Below, piece by piece: positions 1-12,485 of a DNA stretch of 64,000 bases. Origin of the DNA: the human T2T-CHM13v2.0 reference genome, Homo sapiens. The DNA lies in assembly GCF_009914755.1 (NCBI RefSeq), contig NC_060930.1; one strand, given 5' to 3'. Every line of letters starts with the position of its first letter. Position 1 is the stretch's first letter. Below the pieces are notes generated by a model. It was given only the letters and a program-made list of their open reading frames with translations. It searched no databases and had not been told where the DNA came from. The position numbers and the translations under genes were made by a program.

Positions 1-90
1 AATATATACTCCCCAAAAGGATGAATCTAACATCCATTGACTGACCCTAATGAGATGGCAATGTGTGAGCTCTCTGACCAAGAATTGAGT
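1..90 (+). mobile_element. Ancient L1M ORF1 N-terminal fragment
   Basis: Translates to TDPNEMAMCELSDQE, resembling the TDPNEMEIYELPDKE start region of old L1M ORF1. Confidence 0.5.
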
Positions 91-817
91 GCAAATCCTG
101 AACAAAATTTCATAAATGATAAGATGTTCTTGGTGAGTTTCAGAATCCTAATTTTGAACTTTTCCCCCTTAAACTATATTCTCCAATATAGTGATTTCTA
201 TGTTTTCATGTTGACCTGTGTCAGCATTAAAAAAATTCCAAGACTGTTGCTTGGGAGATAGGCATGCTAACCTTGTTTCTTCCACTAAGTAGCAGTTTCC
301 TCATCTGCAAAATGTGGAACTTTACAGGCATAATCTCTAAAGTTATTTAAAGTTACCAAATTCTGAAATATTTAAGGTTTCCATCAAGAGGGAAAGGACT
401 TAATATTTCCACGTAAAATGCTGGTAACATTTGTCACAAATAAAATGCATCTAAAAGAGATACACTTAAAATGGATGTGCCAAGTGTTGACAATTTGGGA
501 ATTAGAGCTTCATTATTTCTGCTAACACCATCATTCTGAGCCACTCAAACACACTTTCTCTTTCCATTTGGATATGCTTTTTATTCACGTATGTACTTCG
601 TGAATACTAACCTAATAAATATTTACTGAGTGTATTTTATGTAGTTCTAGGTGCTGTTGCAAATACTTCTAATTTCAGAATTTTTTTCTACATGCTAATA
701 TAAAATGTAGAAAATTGTAGCGTCTGAAGCAAGTGCTCTATAAAATTATGACACTGAAATGCATGTAAGAGGATGATCTGTACACCAGCTACCTCTCTCC
801 CTGTTCCTATGCCCACC

Positions 818-1355
818 TGCGGCAATGGTCCTCTCACGGGGGCAGCAGCTGCGAGGGGTCTATCTTGCAGACCCCTGACCCGAGGACGGATGAATGAAGT
901 ACACTGACACACAGATATTCCGCTTTGCCAGTCCAGCTGAGGGTGTCCAAGCCTCTTACAGACTCCCTGCTGAATTCTGTAAACAGCTGTGAATATGGCG
1001 CTGATCAGCTAGTGAGATTCGCATTTATTCAGTAAGATTAATTAACAAAGGCTTGAGTCAACACCGTTAGAGGGTAATTGACATTGTGGACTTCCCAAGT
1101 AAAAAGCACTTAAGCACCTGCCATACCTCAAAGGTTAGTCTTAAGATCATATGAGTAAACAAGCTAGCTAGGTAAGCTACTCTGTCTTCCTTTATTACTA
1201 CTTTAACTTGTTTAACTAATGGTAAAGGGACCAGGCTGACTTCAGCCAGATCTATTACTGAAGTTATGCAAACTTCTCAGCCTTCCAAGGAGATTTGTGT
1301 CTATCTCTGTAAATATCTCTAATATTTTTCCTACCAGCCTGATTGAACCCTAACA
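818..1355 (-). mobile_element. ERVK LTR22-like (HERV-K HML-5) LTR plus primer-binding site and a few leader bases
   Basis: Minus strand starts TGTTAGGGTTCAATCAGGCTGGTAGGAAAAATATTAGAG (recalled LTR22 start) and ends GACCCCTCGCA at 850, about 506 bp. A tRNA-Met-like PBS follows at 829-847. Candidate TSD cccacc (812-817) / cccatc (1356-1361). Confidence 0.75.
829..847 (-). other. Retroviral primer-binding site, tRNA-Met-like
   Basis: TGCTGCCCCCGTGAGAGGA versus TGGTGCCCCGTGTGAGGA (complement of the elongator tRNA-Met 3' end); lies 2 nt after the LTR-terminal CA. Confidence 0.6.
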
Positions 1356-3788
1356 CCCATCTACATTCTGGCCAGTCCTTTAAAGTTTCTTCCCAAATAT
1401 TTTGGATGAAAGGGAGGAGATAATTTTGATGTATGAGGCAGAAATTATAGAAGGCATTATTTGTGTAAAATACTGAGGTGGGCACTCCATTTATCCAAAG
1501 GATAGAGGAAAACATAGCCAGATGAGATGGAGGAGTCTAAGAGTAAAAGTGCATATCTATATATATGTATTTTTTTTTACCAGCAATGTACCATAGGCTT
1601 GTCTTCATGCATCACAGAAATAGATTTTTTTTGTAAAGGTGCAGCCTGAATATGTGTGCATGTGTGTGTGTGTGTGCATGCACACACATTTGTGTTTCCC
1701 CCCACATAGAATATATGTTTCAAATGGGGAAAGGTTTTTCCTTTGTGTTTTTTACCTGCAGACATTCAAATATCCCATTTATTTTATCATACTTATGATA
1801 AGTCTGCACTTTAAAGGAAGTCCAGATATGCAAAACTATAATTTAAGAAGACACTTGCATTAGAAATAAATGCCTTAAAGTAACGCATGCTTCTATGAGC
1901 TCACAACTGAATCCTTCATGTCTAAACTATAGCATCCATTTTTTAAGGTTTCTCCAACTCTCAGACTGTACATTTGTCATCATCATTTCATTGTTTACAT
2001 GTTTATTTTGGGAATGCAACATTTAGAAAACTGAAAGCTACTTCAAGAAATGTGAAGTGAGAATTTCATCACAAAGTAAATACTGAAATCAAGTGGCATT
2101 TATTTTCACACATCTTTTATTGAATTTTATATTTTTGGATATCACCTTTTAACAAGCTTGCAACGAAGAGGATATACAACACACACCAACTGTCAACTGA
2201 AATTCATATGTTAAATTGTGTTAAAAGTTGGAAAATTGGAATTGATTATAAGGCAGTCTTTTTTCCTTTTGACTTCAGAAAGCTGAAAACCTAATCGTTA
2301 AGAAACTGAACAATTTTTTAAATTCAAACTGCAAGCTAAATATCCGAAAATATCAGTACTGAAAGGCTTCAGAATGTTTTCTGAAGCCGTGATTTATTTA
2401 ACAGATGCATATTGAGAACCTGAGATGTGTAAAACATGGTGATAGTCATCAAACAGGAAAAGAAACAATTACAGAAAAGTATAAGGCAGGGGACTAACCC
2501 AAAAAAGTTTACAATAGAAAAAAATAAGAATTACCTCTGCAACTCTAGTAATTGACTTGTTGATAAAATATATGTCAGACACTTATAACATTTTTATATC
2601 TTTGGACAAACTAGAAATCATTTGCCTCATGGCTTCTAATATTATAATACTAAGCAAAACTGATCTAAAGCGAAGCTCTTAAAATTCAATAAGAAAAGTT
2701 CATCACAAAAGGGAATCTCCATCTTAGAAAGAAATCACTATTCTTGTCATTCATTCAACACCAGCTCAAACAGATCACAAAATAATAAGGTTCACTCAGT
2801 ATCCTGAGGAAATCACAATGGCTCCTCCATACCACCAGCATGACACACCTGGCATTTCATGTTTTCTAGAGGTAAATTAGTATGTTGCAGGCTGCCTGTG
2901 GGGTGACCATCAACATCATCACCTTCAGTTCCACTGACCATCTATGTTCACAATTTATAATGTAGGGGTTTTCCAGAAGCAAAACAAGAAAATGTGTAGG
3001 AATTGAAAGAATGGCAATCCATTCTGTAGATGAGCTCTCTGTGGTCAGCTGCCACAAAGGATGGTAACTGCACCAGGTTGCCAGGTGAACTTATTCCACA
3101 AATTTAAACATGGATCCAACTCAACTTGTCTTAAAGATTATCTTATCTGTGTCTGCATTACCCAACTTAAAGTCCTGATACTAATTTATCACTACCCTAG
3201 ACATTAAGACTAGACTTATTTAGAACCCCTAAATCAAAACAATGTAGGTTTGGATTGCAATGATTCCCAGTTTTAGGGTATCTGAATGTAGTCTCTGGAA
3301 TAAATATGCTAAATGGATAACTGAAAATATTAAAAGGAACACTTAAAGTGAGGACTGAGAACCAGATATATAGAAAATTAGTTTCTAACATTTGAAAATA
3401 CACATTTCAAAACAGTAGTGGTAGTCTTGGCAAATGAAAGAATTTACAGAAAGTTAATAAATCTAGGTGGTAAATACAGAGAAATTGTCAAAAGAGGCAG
3501 AATCCTCAAACTTTGAAAAGTAGATTTGGGATGTTAGAAGCTATAGGAGTGTAAGTCCAGGAATAAAGTGGAGTCACTGGTTATCAGGGAAGATAGGAAG
3601 TTTTTTGACCTCTACTCACATCACTCTATAGGGAGAGTTACATAAGTTTGGTGATTTTGTTTGTTTCCTTGCAAAATACTTATTTTATAGCCCTTAGATC
3701 TAATTGATTCCAACTAAATCAGCTGCATAATTTTGTGAACCAAGAAATAAAATTAGATGTAGTCTAAAATACATCATAATTTTTAAAG

Positions 3789-4022
3789 TTTTATTTTATT
3801 TTTAATTGACAATAATAATAATTACACATATTTAGGGCAATACGTGTATACCTTGTGTAATGATCAAGTCAGGATAATTAGCATATCCATCTCAAAAATG
3901 TATCTTTTTTTGTGGTGAGAACAATTAATATCTTTTCTTCTAGCTATTTTATAATATACAATACATTATTGTTAACTACGTTCACCCTCCTGCACAAACA
4001 GAACACCAGAATTTATCCTATC
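3789..4022 (-). mobile_element. Old L1MA-type 3' end fragment
   Basis: T-rich tail followed by ttgtgtaatgatcaagtcagg...tgtggtgagaaca...cttctagctatttt, typical of L1MA 3' UTRs. Confidence 0.65.
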
Positions 4023-4309
4023 TTTGTGTACTACTTTTAAGTCCAGTTACATGAGATGCTAATGCGTTCAGTTATTAAAATATGACATATGTCTGTGCAG
4101 GAAAGAGGAGAGCCAGAGAACTTTTCATGTGATAGTAAGATGTAGCACAGAGTGGGAATCTGGCCCCGTGTTACATATGTGTGTGATCCAATGGAGAAAT
4201 CTTCACCTCATGGACTAGGCATGACTGAAAAAACACTAGATGGCACAGCCATATTTTCAAATCTACCAATGTTCTTATCTTTGCTAATTGCTTGCTAGAA
4301 TCTTAGCGC

Positions 4310-4400
4310 CAGGAGAGCAGGGGCTTGGCCTATTTGATTCATTACTATATCCCTATAGAACAGAACTCAGTAGTCATTAAATAAATATTTGTTTAAAGAA
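4310..4400 (+). mobile_element. L2 3' end fragment
   Basis: gagcaggggcttggcctatttgattcattactatatccc...aataaatatttgtt matches the L2 terminus pattern. Confidence 0.55.
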
Positions 4401-4732
4401 TTTACAAATGGATAAATTTGTCTACTAGATACACTTTATTATTTTTACCTAAGTTTCAATCAAATTGTTTAAAAGTTTCCATGTAAATGAATTTTTAAAT
4501 AAACAATATCTTAAATGCAATGGGGAAAACTTTTTATTGAGTTCTCTGATATTTTGAGATGTGAAATACCTTCAGTATTAAAAATTTTAGCTTTGTGCAT
4601 TGGTATATACATACGTTTTCAACATATTCCACTACATTTTATAAATTGGGTGTCTATTAGAAAGGTATTTATATATAATAATATTTATGAATTATGATAC
4701 ATAATATTTAATGATGTATTGTGTGTGACACT

Positions 4733-6553
4733 ATTTTATTTTATTTTATTTTTTTATTTTTCCATAGGTTATTGGGGTACAGGTATTGTTTGGTTGTATG
4801 AGTAAGTTCTTTTGTGGTGATTTATGAGATTTTGGTGTACTCATCATCCGAGCAATATACACTGCTCCCCATTTGTAGTCTTTTATGCCTCACCCCTCTC
4901 TCACCCTTCTCCCCAAATCCTCGAAGTCCATTGTATCATTCTTATGCCTTTGTGTCCTCATAGCTTAACTCCCACATTTCAGTGCGAACATATGATATTT
5001 GGTTTTCCATTCCTGAGTTACTTCACTTAGAATAATAGTCTCTAATCTCATCCAGGTCACTGTGAATGCCGTTAATTCATTCCTTTTTATAGCTGAGTAG
5101 CAGTCCATCAAACCCAGCTGAGTGGGTTTCTTTACCCGCTTATTGATTGATGGGCATTTGGGTTGGTTCCACGATTTTGCAACTGTGAATTGCACTGCTA
5201 TAAATATGCCTGTGCAAATATCTTTTTCGTATAATGACTTCTTTTCATCTCAGTAGATACCCAGTAGTGGGATTGCTGGATCAAATGGTACTTCTACTTT
5301 TAGTTCTTTAAGGAATCTCCACATGGTTTTCCATAGTGGTTGTACTAGTTTACATTCTCACCAGCACTGTAGAAGTGCTCACTGATCACTGCATCCATGC
5401 CAACATCTACTGTTTTTTGATTTTTTGATTATGGCTGTTCTTGCAGGACTAAGGTGGTATTGCATTGTGGTTTTGATTTGCATTTCCCTGATCATTAGTG
5501 ATGTTGAGAATTTTTTCACGTTCGTGGCCATTTGTATATCTTCTTCTAAAAAATGTCTATTCATATCCTTAGCCCACTTTTTGATGGAATTGTTTGTATT
5601 TTTTCTTGCTGATTTGTTTGAGTTCGTTGTAGATTCTGGATATTAGTCCTTTGTGAGATGTATAGATCGTGAAGATTTTCTCCACTGTAGACTGTCTGTT
5701 TACTCTGTTGACTGTTCTTTTTGCCATGCAAAATCTCTTTACTTTAATTAAGTCCCAACAATTTGTCATTGTTTTCATTGCATTTGCTTGTGGGTTCTTG
5801 GTCATGAAATCCTTGCCTAAGCCAAGGTCTAGAAGGGGTTTTCCAATGTTATCTTCTAGAATTTTAAGAGTTTCAGCTCTTAGATTTAAGACCTTAATCC
5901 ATCCTGAGTTGATTTTTGCATAAGGTGTGAGATGAGGATCCAGTTTTATTCTTCTACATGTTGGCTAGCACCATTTGTTGAAAAGGGTGTCCTTTCCCCA
6001 TTTTATGTTTTTGTTTTCTTTGTTGAAGATCAGTTGGCTGTAAGTATTTGGTTTATTTCTGGGTTCTCTATTCTGTTTCATTTGTCTATGTGACTATTTT
6101 TGTACCAGTACCATGCTGTTTTGGAGACTAGGGCCTTATAGTATAGTTTGAAATCAGGTGATGCTTCCAGATTTGTTCTTTTTGCTCAGTCTTGCTTTCA
6201 CTATGTGGGCTCTTTTTGGGTTCCTATGAACTTTTCAGAGTTGTTTTTTCTAATTCTGTGATGAATGATGGTGGTATTTTGATGGGGATTGTATTCAATT
6301 TGTAGATTGCTTTTACAGATGGTCATTTTCACAATATTGATTCTACCCATCCATGAGCATGGGATGTGTTTCCACTTGTTTGTGTCATCTATGATTTCTT
6401 TCAACAGTGTTTTGTAGTTTTCCTCATAGAGGTCTTTCACTCCCTTGGTTAGGTGTATTCCTAAGAGTGTGTGTGTGTGTATATTATATATACACACACA
6501 CACACATATATATACACACACACATATATATATACACAAACATATATATATAT

Positions 6554-6590
<37 letters not shown>

Positions 6591-9500
6591 CATATATTTG
6601 GTCCTATTGTAAAATGGGTTGAGTTCTTGATTTGATTCTCCACTTGATGGCTGTTGGTGTATTGAAGAGCTACTCATTTGTGTACATTAATCTTGTATAC
6701 AGAAACTTTGCTGAATTCTTTTATCAATTCTAGGAGCTTTCTGGATGAGTTGTTAGGGTTTTTGAGGTAAATGATCATATCATCAGCAAACAGTGACAGT
6801 TTGATTTCCTCTTTACCAATTTTGAAGCCCTTTATTTCTTTCTCTTGTCTGATTGCTCTGCCTAGGACTTCCAGTACTACGTTGAAGAGGAATGGTGAGC
6901 GTAGGCATCCTTGTCTTGTTACAGTTCTCAGAGGGAATGCTTTCAACTTTCTCATTTCAGTATGATGGCTGTGGGTTTGTCATAGATGGATTTTATTACA
7001 ATGAAGTATGTCACTTGTATGCCAAGTTTGCTGAGAATTTTAATCACAAAGCAACGCTGGATTTTGTCAAATAATTTTTCTGAATCTATTGAGATGATCA
7101 TGCGATTTTTGTTTAATTCTGTTTATGTGGTGTATCACATTTATTGACTTGCAGATGTTAAACCATCCCTGCATCCCTGGTATGAAGCCCACTTGATCAT
7201 GGTGGATTATCCTTTTCTTATGTTGCTGGATTCGGTTAGCTAGTATTTTGTTAAGGATTTTAGCATCTATGTTCATCAGGGATATCCGTCTGTGGTTTTC
7301 TTTTTTGGTTATGTCCTTTCATGGTTTTGGTACTAGGGTGATGCTGGCTGCACAGAATGAATTAGGGAGGCTTCCCTCTTTCTCTGTCTTGTGGAATAGT
7401 GTCAATAGGATTGGTACCAATTCTTCTTTGAATGTTTGGTAGAATTCTGCTGTGAATTGATCTAGTCCTGGACTTTTTTTTTGTTGGTAATTTTCAAATT
7501 ATCATTTCAATCTCACTGCTTGTTATTGGTCTGTTCAGGGTATCTAATTCTCCCTGATTTAAGCTAAGGGGGTTGTATTTTTTCAGGAGTTTATCCATCG
7601 CTTCTAGGTTTTCTAGTTTATGCTCATAAAGATGTTTATAGTAGCCTTGAATGACCTTTATATCTCGGTGTCAGTTGTAATATCTCCCATTTCATTTCTT
7701 ACTGAGATTATTTGGATTTTCTCTCTTCTTGTCTTGATTAATCTTGTTAATGATCTATAAATTTTATTTATCTTTTCAAAAACCAGCTTTTTGTTTCATT
7801 TATATTTGTATTTTTTGTTTCAATTTCATTTAGTTCTGCTCTGATCTTGGTTATTTCCTTTCTTCTGCTGGGTTTGGGTTTGGTTTCTCTAGTTCCTTGA
7901 GTTGTGAACTAAGCATGTCAGTTTGTGCTTTTTCCATTTTTTTGAAGTAGGAATTTAGGGCTATGAACTTTACTCTTGGCACTACCTTTGCTGTATTCCA
8001 GAGATTTTGATTGGTTGTGTCATGATTATCATTCAGTTCGAAGAATTTTTTAATTTCCAACTTGATTTCATTTTTGACCCAGTGATTATTCAGGAGCAGG
8101 TTATTTAATTTCCATGTATTTGCATGGTTTTGAAGGTTCCTTTTGGAGTTGATTTCCAGTTTTATTGCACTGTGATCTGAGAGAGTACTTGATATAATTT
8201 CAATTTTCTTAAAATTATTGAGAATTTTATAGACATCATATGGTCTATCTTGGAGAAAATTCCATGTGCTATTGAATAGAATGTGTATTCTGTGGTTATC
8301 GGATAGAATGTTCTGTATATATCTGTTAAGTGCATTTGTTCCAAGGTATAATTTAAATCCATTGTATCTTTCTTGACTTTCTGTCTTGATGACCTCTCTA
8401 GTGCTGTCACTGGAGTATTGAAGGCCCCCACTATTATGGTGTTGCTGTCTATTTCATTTCTTAGGTATATTACTAATTGTTTCATAAATTTGGGAGCACC
8501 AGTGTTAGGTGCATATATTTTTAGGATTGTGATATTTTCCTGATGGACAAGGCCTTTTACCGTTATATAATGTTCCTCTTTGTTATTTTTCACTGCTGTT
8601 GCTTTAAAGTTTGTCTGATGTAAGAGTAGCTACCTCCACATGCTTTTGTGTCCATTTGCATGAAATTCCTTTTCCCACCCCTTTACTTTAAGATTATGTG
8701 AGTCTGTATGTGTTAGGTGAGTCTCTTGAAGGCAGCAGATTGTTGGTTGGAGAATTCTTATTTATTCAGTAGTTATCTTTTAAGTGGCATTTTAAGTAGT
8801 TATCTTTTACTGTATCTTTTTTGGAGCATTTAGGCCATTTACATTCAATGTTAGTATTGAGATGTGAGGTACCACTACACTTGTTGTGCTATTTGTTGCC
8901 TGTGTACCTTGGTTTTTTGGTTTTTGTTTTTGCTTTTTAAATTGGATTTTTGTTTTATAGGTCCTGTGAAATTTATGCTTTAAAGAGGTTCTGTTTTGAT
9001 GTGTTTCCAGGATTTGTTTAAGATTCAGAGCTCCTTTTAGAAGTTCTCATAGTGGTGGCCTGGTAGTGGCAAATTCTCTCAGCATTTGTTTGTCTGAAGA
9101 AGACTGACTCTTTCCCTTATATATGATGCTTAGTTTCACTGCACACAAAATTCTTGGCTGATAATTGTTTTGTTTAGGAGCCTAAAGATAGGGCCTTAAT
9201 GCCTTCTAGCTTGTAAGGTTTCTGTTGTTAATCTGATAGATTTTCCTTTATAGGTTACCTGGTGTTTTCATCTCACAGCTCTTAAGATTTTTTCCTTCAT
9301 CTTAACTTTAGGTAACCTGATAATACGCCTAGGCGATGATATTTTTGCAATGAATTTCCCAGGTGTTCTTTGTGCTTCTTGTATTTGGATGTCTAGGTCT
9401 CTAGCAAGACTGGGGAAGTTTTCCTCAATTATTCCTTCAAATATGTTTTCCAAACTTTTAGGTTCCTCTTTTTCCTCTGGCACACCAATTATTCTTAGGT

Positions 9501-11368
9501 TTGGTCATTTTACATAATCCCAGACTTCACTGAAGCTTTGTTCATATTTTCTTATTCTTTTTTCTTTGTCTTTGTTGGATTGGGTCAATTCAAAGACCTT
9601 GTCTTCAAGCTCCGAATTTCTTTCTTCTACTTGTTCGATTCTATTGCTGAGACTTTCCAGAGCATTTTGCGTATCTATAAATGTCTCCAATGTTTCCTGA
9701 AGTTTTGATTATTGTTTCTTTTTGCTATCTATTTCCTTGAATATTTCTCGTTTCACTTCTTGTATTATTTTTTGGATTTCCTTGCATTGGGCTTCGTGTT
9801 TCTCTATTGCCTCCCTTATTAGCTTAATGATGAACCTCCTGAATTATTTTCCAGGTAAATCTGGGATTTCTTCTTGGTTTGGATCCATTGCTGGTGAGCT
9901 AGTGTGATATTTTTGGGGTGTTAAAGAGCCTTGTTTTGTCATATTACCAGGGTTGGTTTTCTGGTTCCTTCTCATTTGGGTGGGCTGTGTCAGAAGGAAG
10001 GTCTAGGGCTGAAGGCTGATGTTCAGATCCTTTTATCCCTTGTGGTGTTTCCTTGATATAGTACTCTCCCCCTTTTCCTATGGATGTGGCTTCCTGAGAG
10101 CCAAACTATAGAGATTGTTATCTCTCTTCTGGATCTAGCCACCCAGCAAGTCTACCAAGGTCCGGGCTGGTACTGGGGGTTGTCTGCATAGAGTTCCATG
10201 ATGTGAACCGTCTGTGGTTCTCTCAGCTGTGGATACCATCACCTGTTCTGGTGGAGGCGGTAGGAGGGTGAAATGGACTCTGTGAGGGTTCTTACTTGTG
10301 GTGGTTTAATGCTCTATTTTTGTGCTGGTTGGCCTCCTGCCAGGAGGTGGGGCTTTCCGAGAGTATTAGCTGTGGTAGTATGGAGAGAATCAATGGTGGG
10401 TGGGGCCCTAGAACTCCCAATAATATATGTCCTTTGTCTTCAGCTACAAGGGTGGTTAGGGAAGGACCATCAGGTGGCGGTAGGGCTATACATGTGTGAG
10501 CTCAGATTCTCCTTGGGTGGGTCTTGCTGCAACTACTGTGGGGGATGGGGATAAGGTTCCCAGGTCAATGGAATTCTGTACCTAGGAGGATTATGGCTGC
10601 CTCTGCTTAGTAATGCAGGTTGTCAGGGAAGTGGGGGAAAGCTGGCAGTCATAGGCCTCACCTAGCTCCCACACAATCGGAAGGCCTGGTCTCACTCCCA
10701 CCATGCCCCCCGACTAACAGCACCAAGTCTGATTCCAGGCAGTGGGAAAGCAGGGCTGACAACTTGATCCAGGCTACCTAGCTCCCAGCTGCAAAAGAAA
10801 AGGGCTTTATTTCTTCCCCTGCCTATTGAGCCTGCATACCAGATTCACACCCTCCCCAAAGTTCTGGCCAGGAAGCTTCTCAACTGGTTCAAATTGTTAC
10901 AAAGTTTAGCTGGAGACTTCCTTCTCCCTGTGACATTTTGCCCACACCTCTGGCCACCCACCCAAACGATCTGTGCGATGCCAGGCAGGAATGGCCCCCT
11001 CGGAGACCCAGCAAGCTCCCAGGCCCTTTCTGCCTCCTTCATGTAGCCCTATATTTCACTCAGCTCTCTAAATTGACTCAGTTCCAGGTAAGGTCAGAGT
11101 CTTCTCCCACAAACTAGACCTTCAGTTTCCCCCATGCGGATCTGTTTGGGGCTGGAGGATCTCCCTTTGCCACTTCTGCAGTTTGGGGACTCACAGTATT
11201 TGGGGTGTCTCCTGAGTCCTGGGGGAGCAGTCCTCTTCCTTTAGAGGGTCTGTGGGTCCTCTCAGGATTGAAGGAGGAAAAATTCACAATGCAAGCCTCT
11301 GCACCCTGCTCTGTCCATCTGAGTTGGAACTTTAATCTAGTCCTGCCTCCCATCTGCCATGATGATCC
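4733..11368 (-). mobile_element. Full-length but decayed L1PB1 (L1PBa-type 5' UTR)
   Basis: T-rich tail, then the L1PB1-type 3' UTR (ttccataggttattggggtacagg). Broken ORF2 pieces (EN 8162-8593, RT SLFADDM 6674-6955) and ORF1 pieces (9268-9690). Long 5' UTR begins GGATCATCATGGCAGATGGGAGGCAGGACTAG. Confidence 0.92.
6466..6598. repeat. Compound (TG)/(TA)/(CA) microsatellite inside L1PB1 ORF2
   Basis: Directly visible dinucleotide runs. Confidence 0.95.
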
Positions 11369-11917
11369 ACAATCTCTATTTAAAAGAGAATTTCTTTTAA
11401 CTAAGAACAGTCAAATTAAAAGAAAAAAATCACTAAAACCTAAAAGCTTATTCACAATTTATAAAATTAATTTTAGCTTATTCATTTAACAAACTATTTT
11501 ATAGACAAGACACTTTATCATACAGATGTAATCATGATCTTAAGTAATGAACTTTACTGATAGTGTTTCTTCACTGGGCATACATAGCTGAGGGATGTGT
11601 GCAAAATCCTCTGTACATTGAAGAAGTATCTTATCTGAGTGCTTGGGCAAAGCCAATGAGATCATTAGGAAGGAGGCCTTGCTCCTTTTCTCTCTTATAC
11701 TTTATAGCTTTCTCTCTTCTTTGGCTCCTCAATCTCAGTATATAAATGTTTGTCTCCCCATATTCCTTTTATAAACTTAAGGATCCTCTAGGTACCACTA
11801 TTTTTTTCCTTTCATTCTCTAAAAAGCCACTAAAAAGGTAACTAAGAAAGAAAAACAATAGGATAACATCTGCCTTTTCCGTTGCCATCTACTTCACCCC
11901 ATCCTTCTCTAACTCAT

Positions 11918-12272
11918 TGATATGGTTTGGCTGTGTCCTCACCCAAATCTCATTTTGAATTGTAGCTCCTATAATTCCCACAAGTCATGACAGGGACCTG
12001 GTGAGAGGTAATTGAATCATGGGGCCGGGTCTTTCCCATGCTGTTGTCATGATAGTGAACAAATCTCATGAGTTCTCATTGTTTTATAAAAGGCCATTCC
12101 CCTGCCCACACTCTCTTCCATGCCACCATGTAAGACGTGTCTTTGCTCCTCCTTCACCTTTCACCATGATTGTGAGGTCTCTCCAGCCATGTGTCCATTA
12201 AACCTCTTTTTCTTTATAAATTACCCAGTCTTGTGTATGTCTTTATTAGCAGCATGAAAACAGACTAATACA
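11918..12272 (+). mobile_element. THE1C/D MaLR solo LTR
   Basis: TGATATGGTTTGGCTGTGTCC...CAGACTAATACA, with perfect 5-bp TSD CTCAT (11913-11917 / 12273-12277). Confidence 0.93.
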
Positions 12273-12280
12273 CTCATGAT

Positions 12281-12485
12281 TAGGCAGCACATAGCATAGT
12301 AGTTTGGAATGTGGGCTCTGAAGCCATACAACACAGTTTCTACTCTTTATCTTACACCTCCTGACTTTGTGACATTGGTTAAATATTTTTAATTTTTATA
12401 TGCTACAATAACTTCATTTGTAAAATGAACGTTACGATTGTACCTACATCTTAGGATTGCTGTGAAAATTAAATGAGATACTTTT
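12281..12485 (+). mobile_element. MIR SINE
   Basis: MIR core cttcatttgtaaaatg...tacctacatcttaggattgctgtgaaaattaaatgagata. Confidence 0.7.

Noticed and set aside
11369-11385. TSD for the L1PB1 element
   Set aside because: Only a partial match (acactattt versus acaatctctattt); not convincing.
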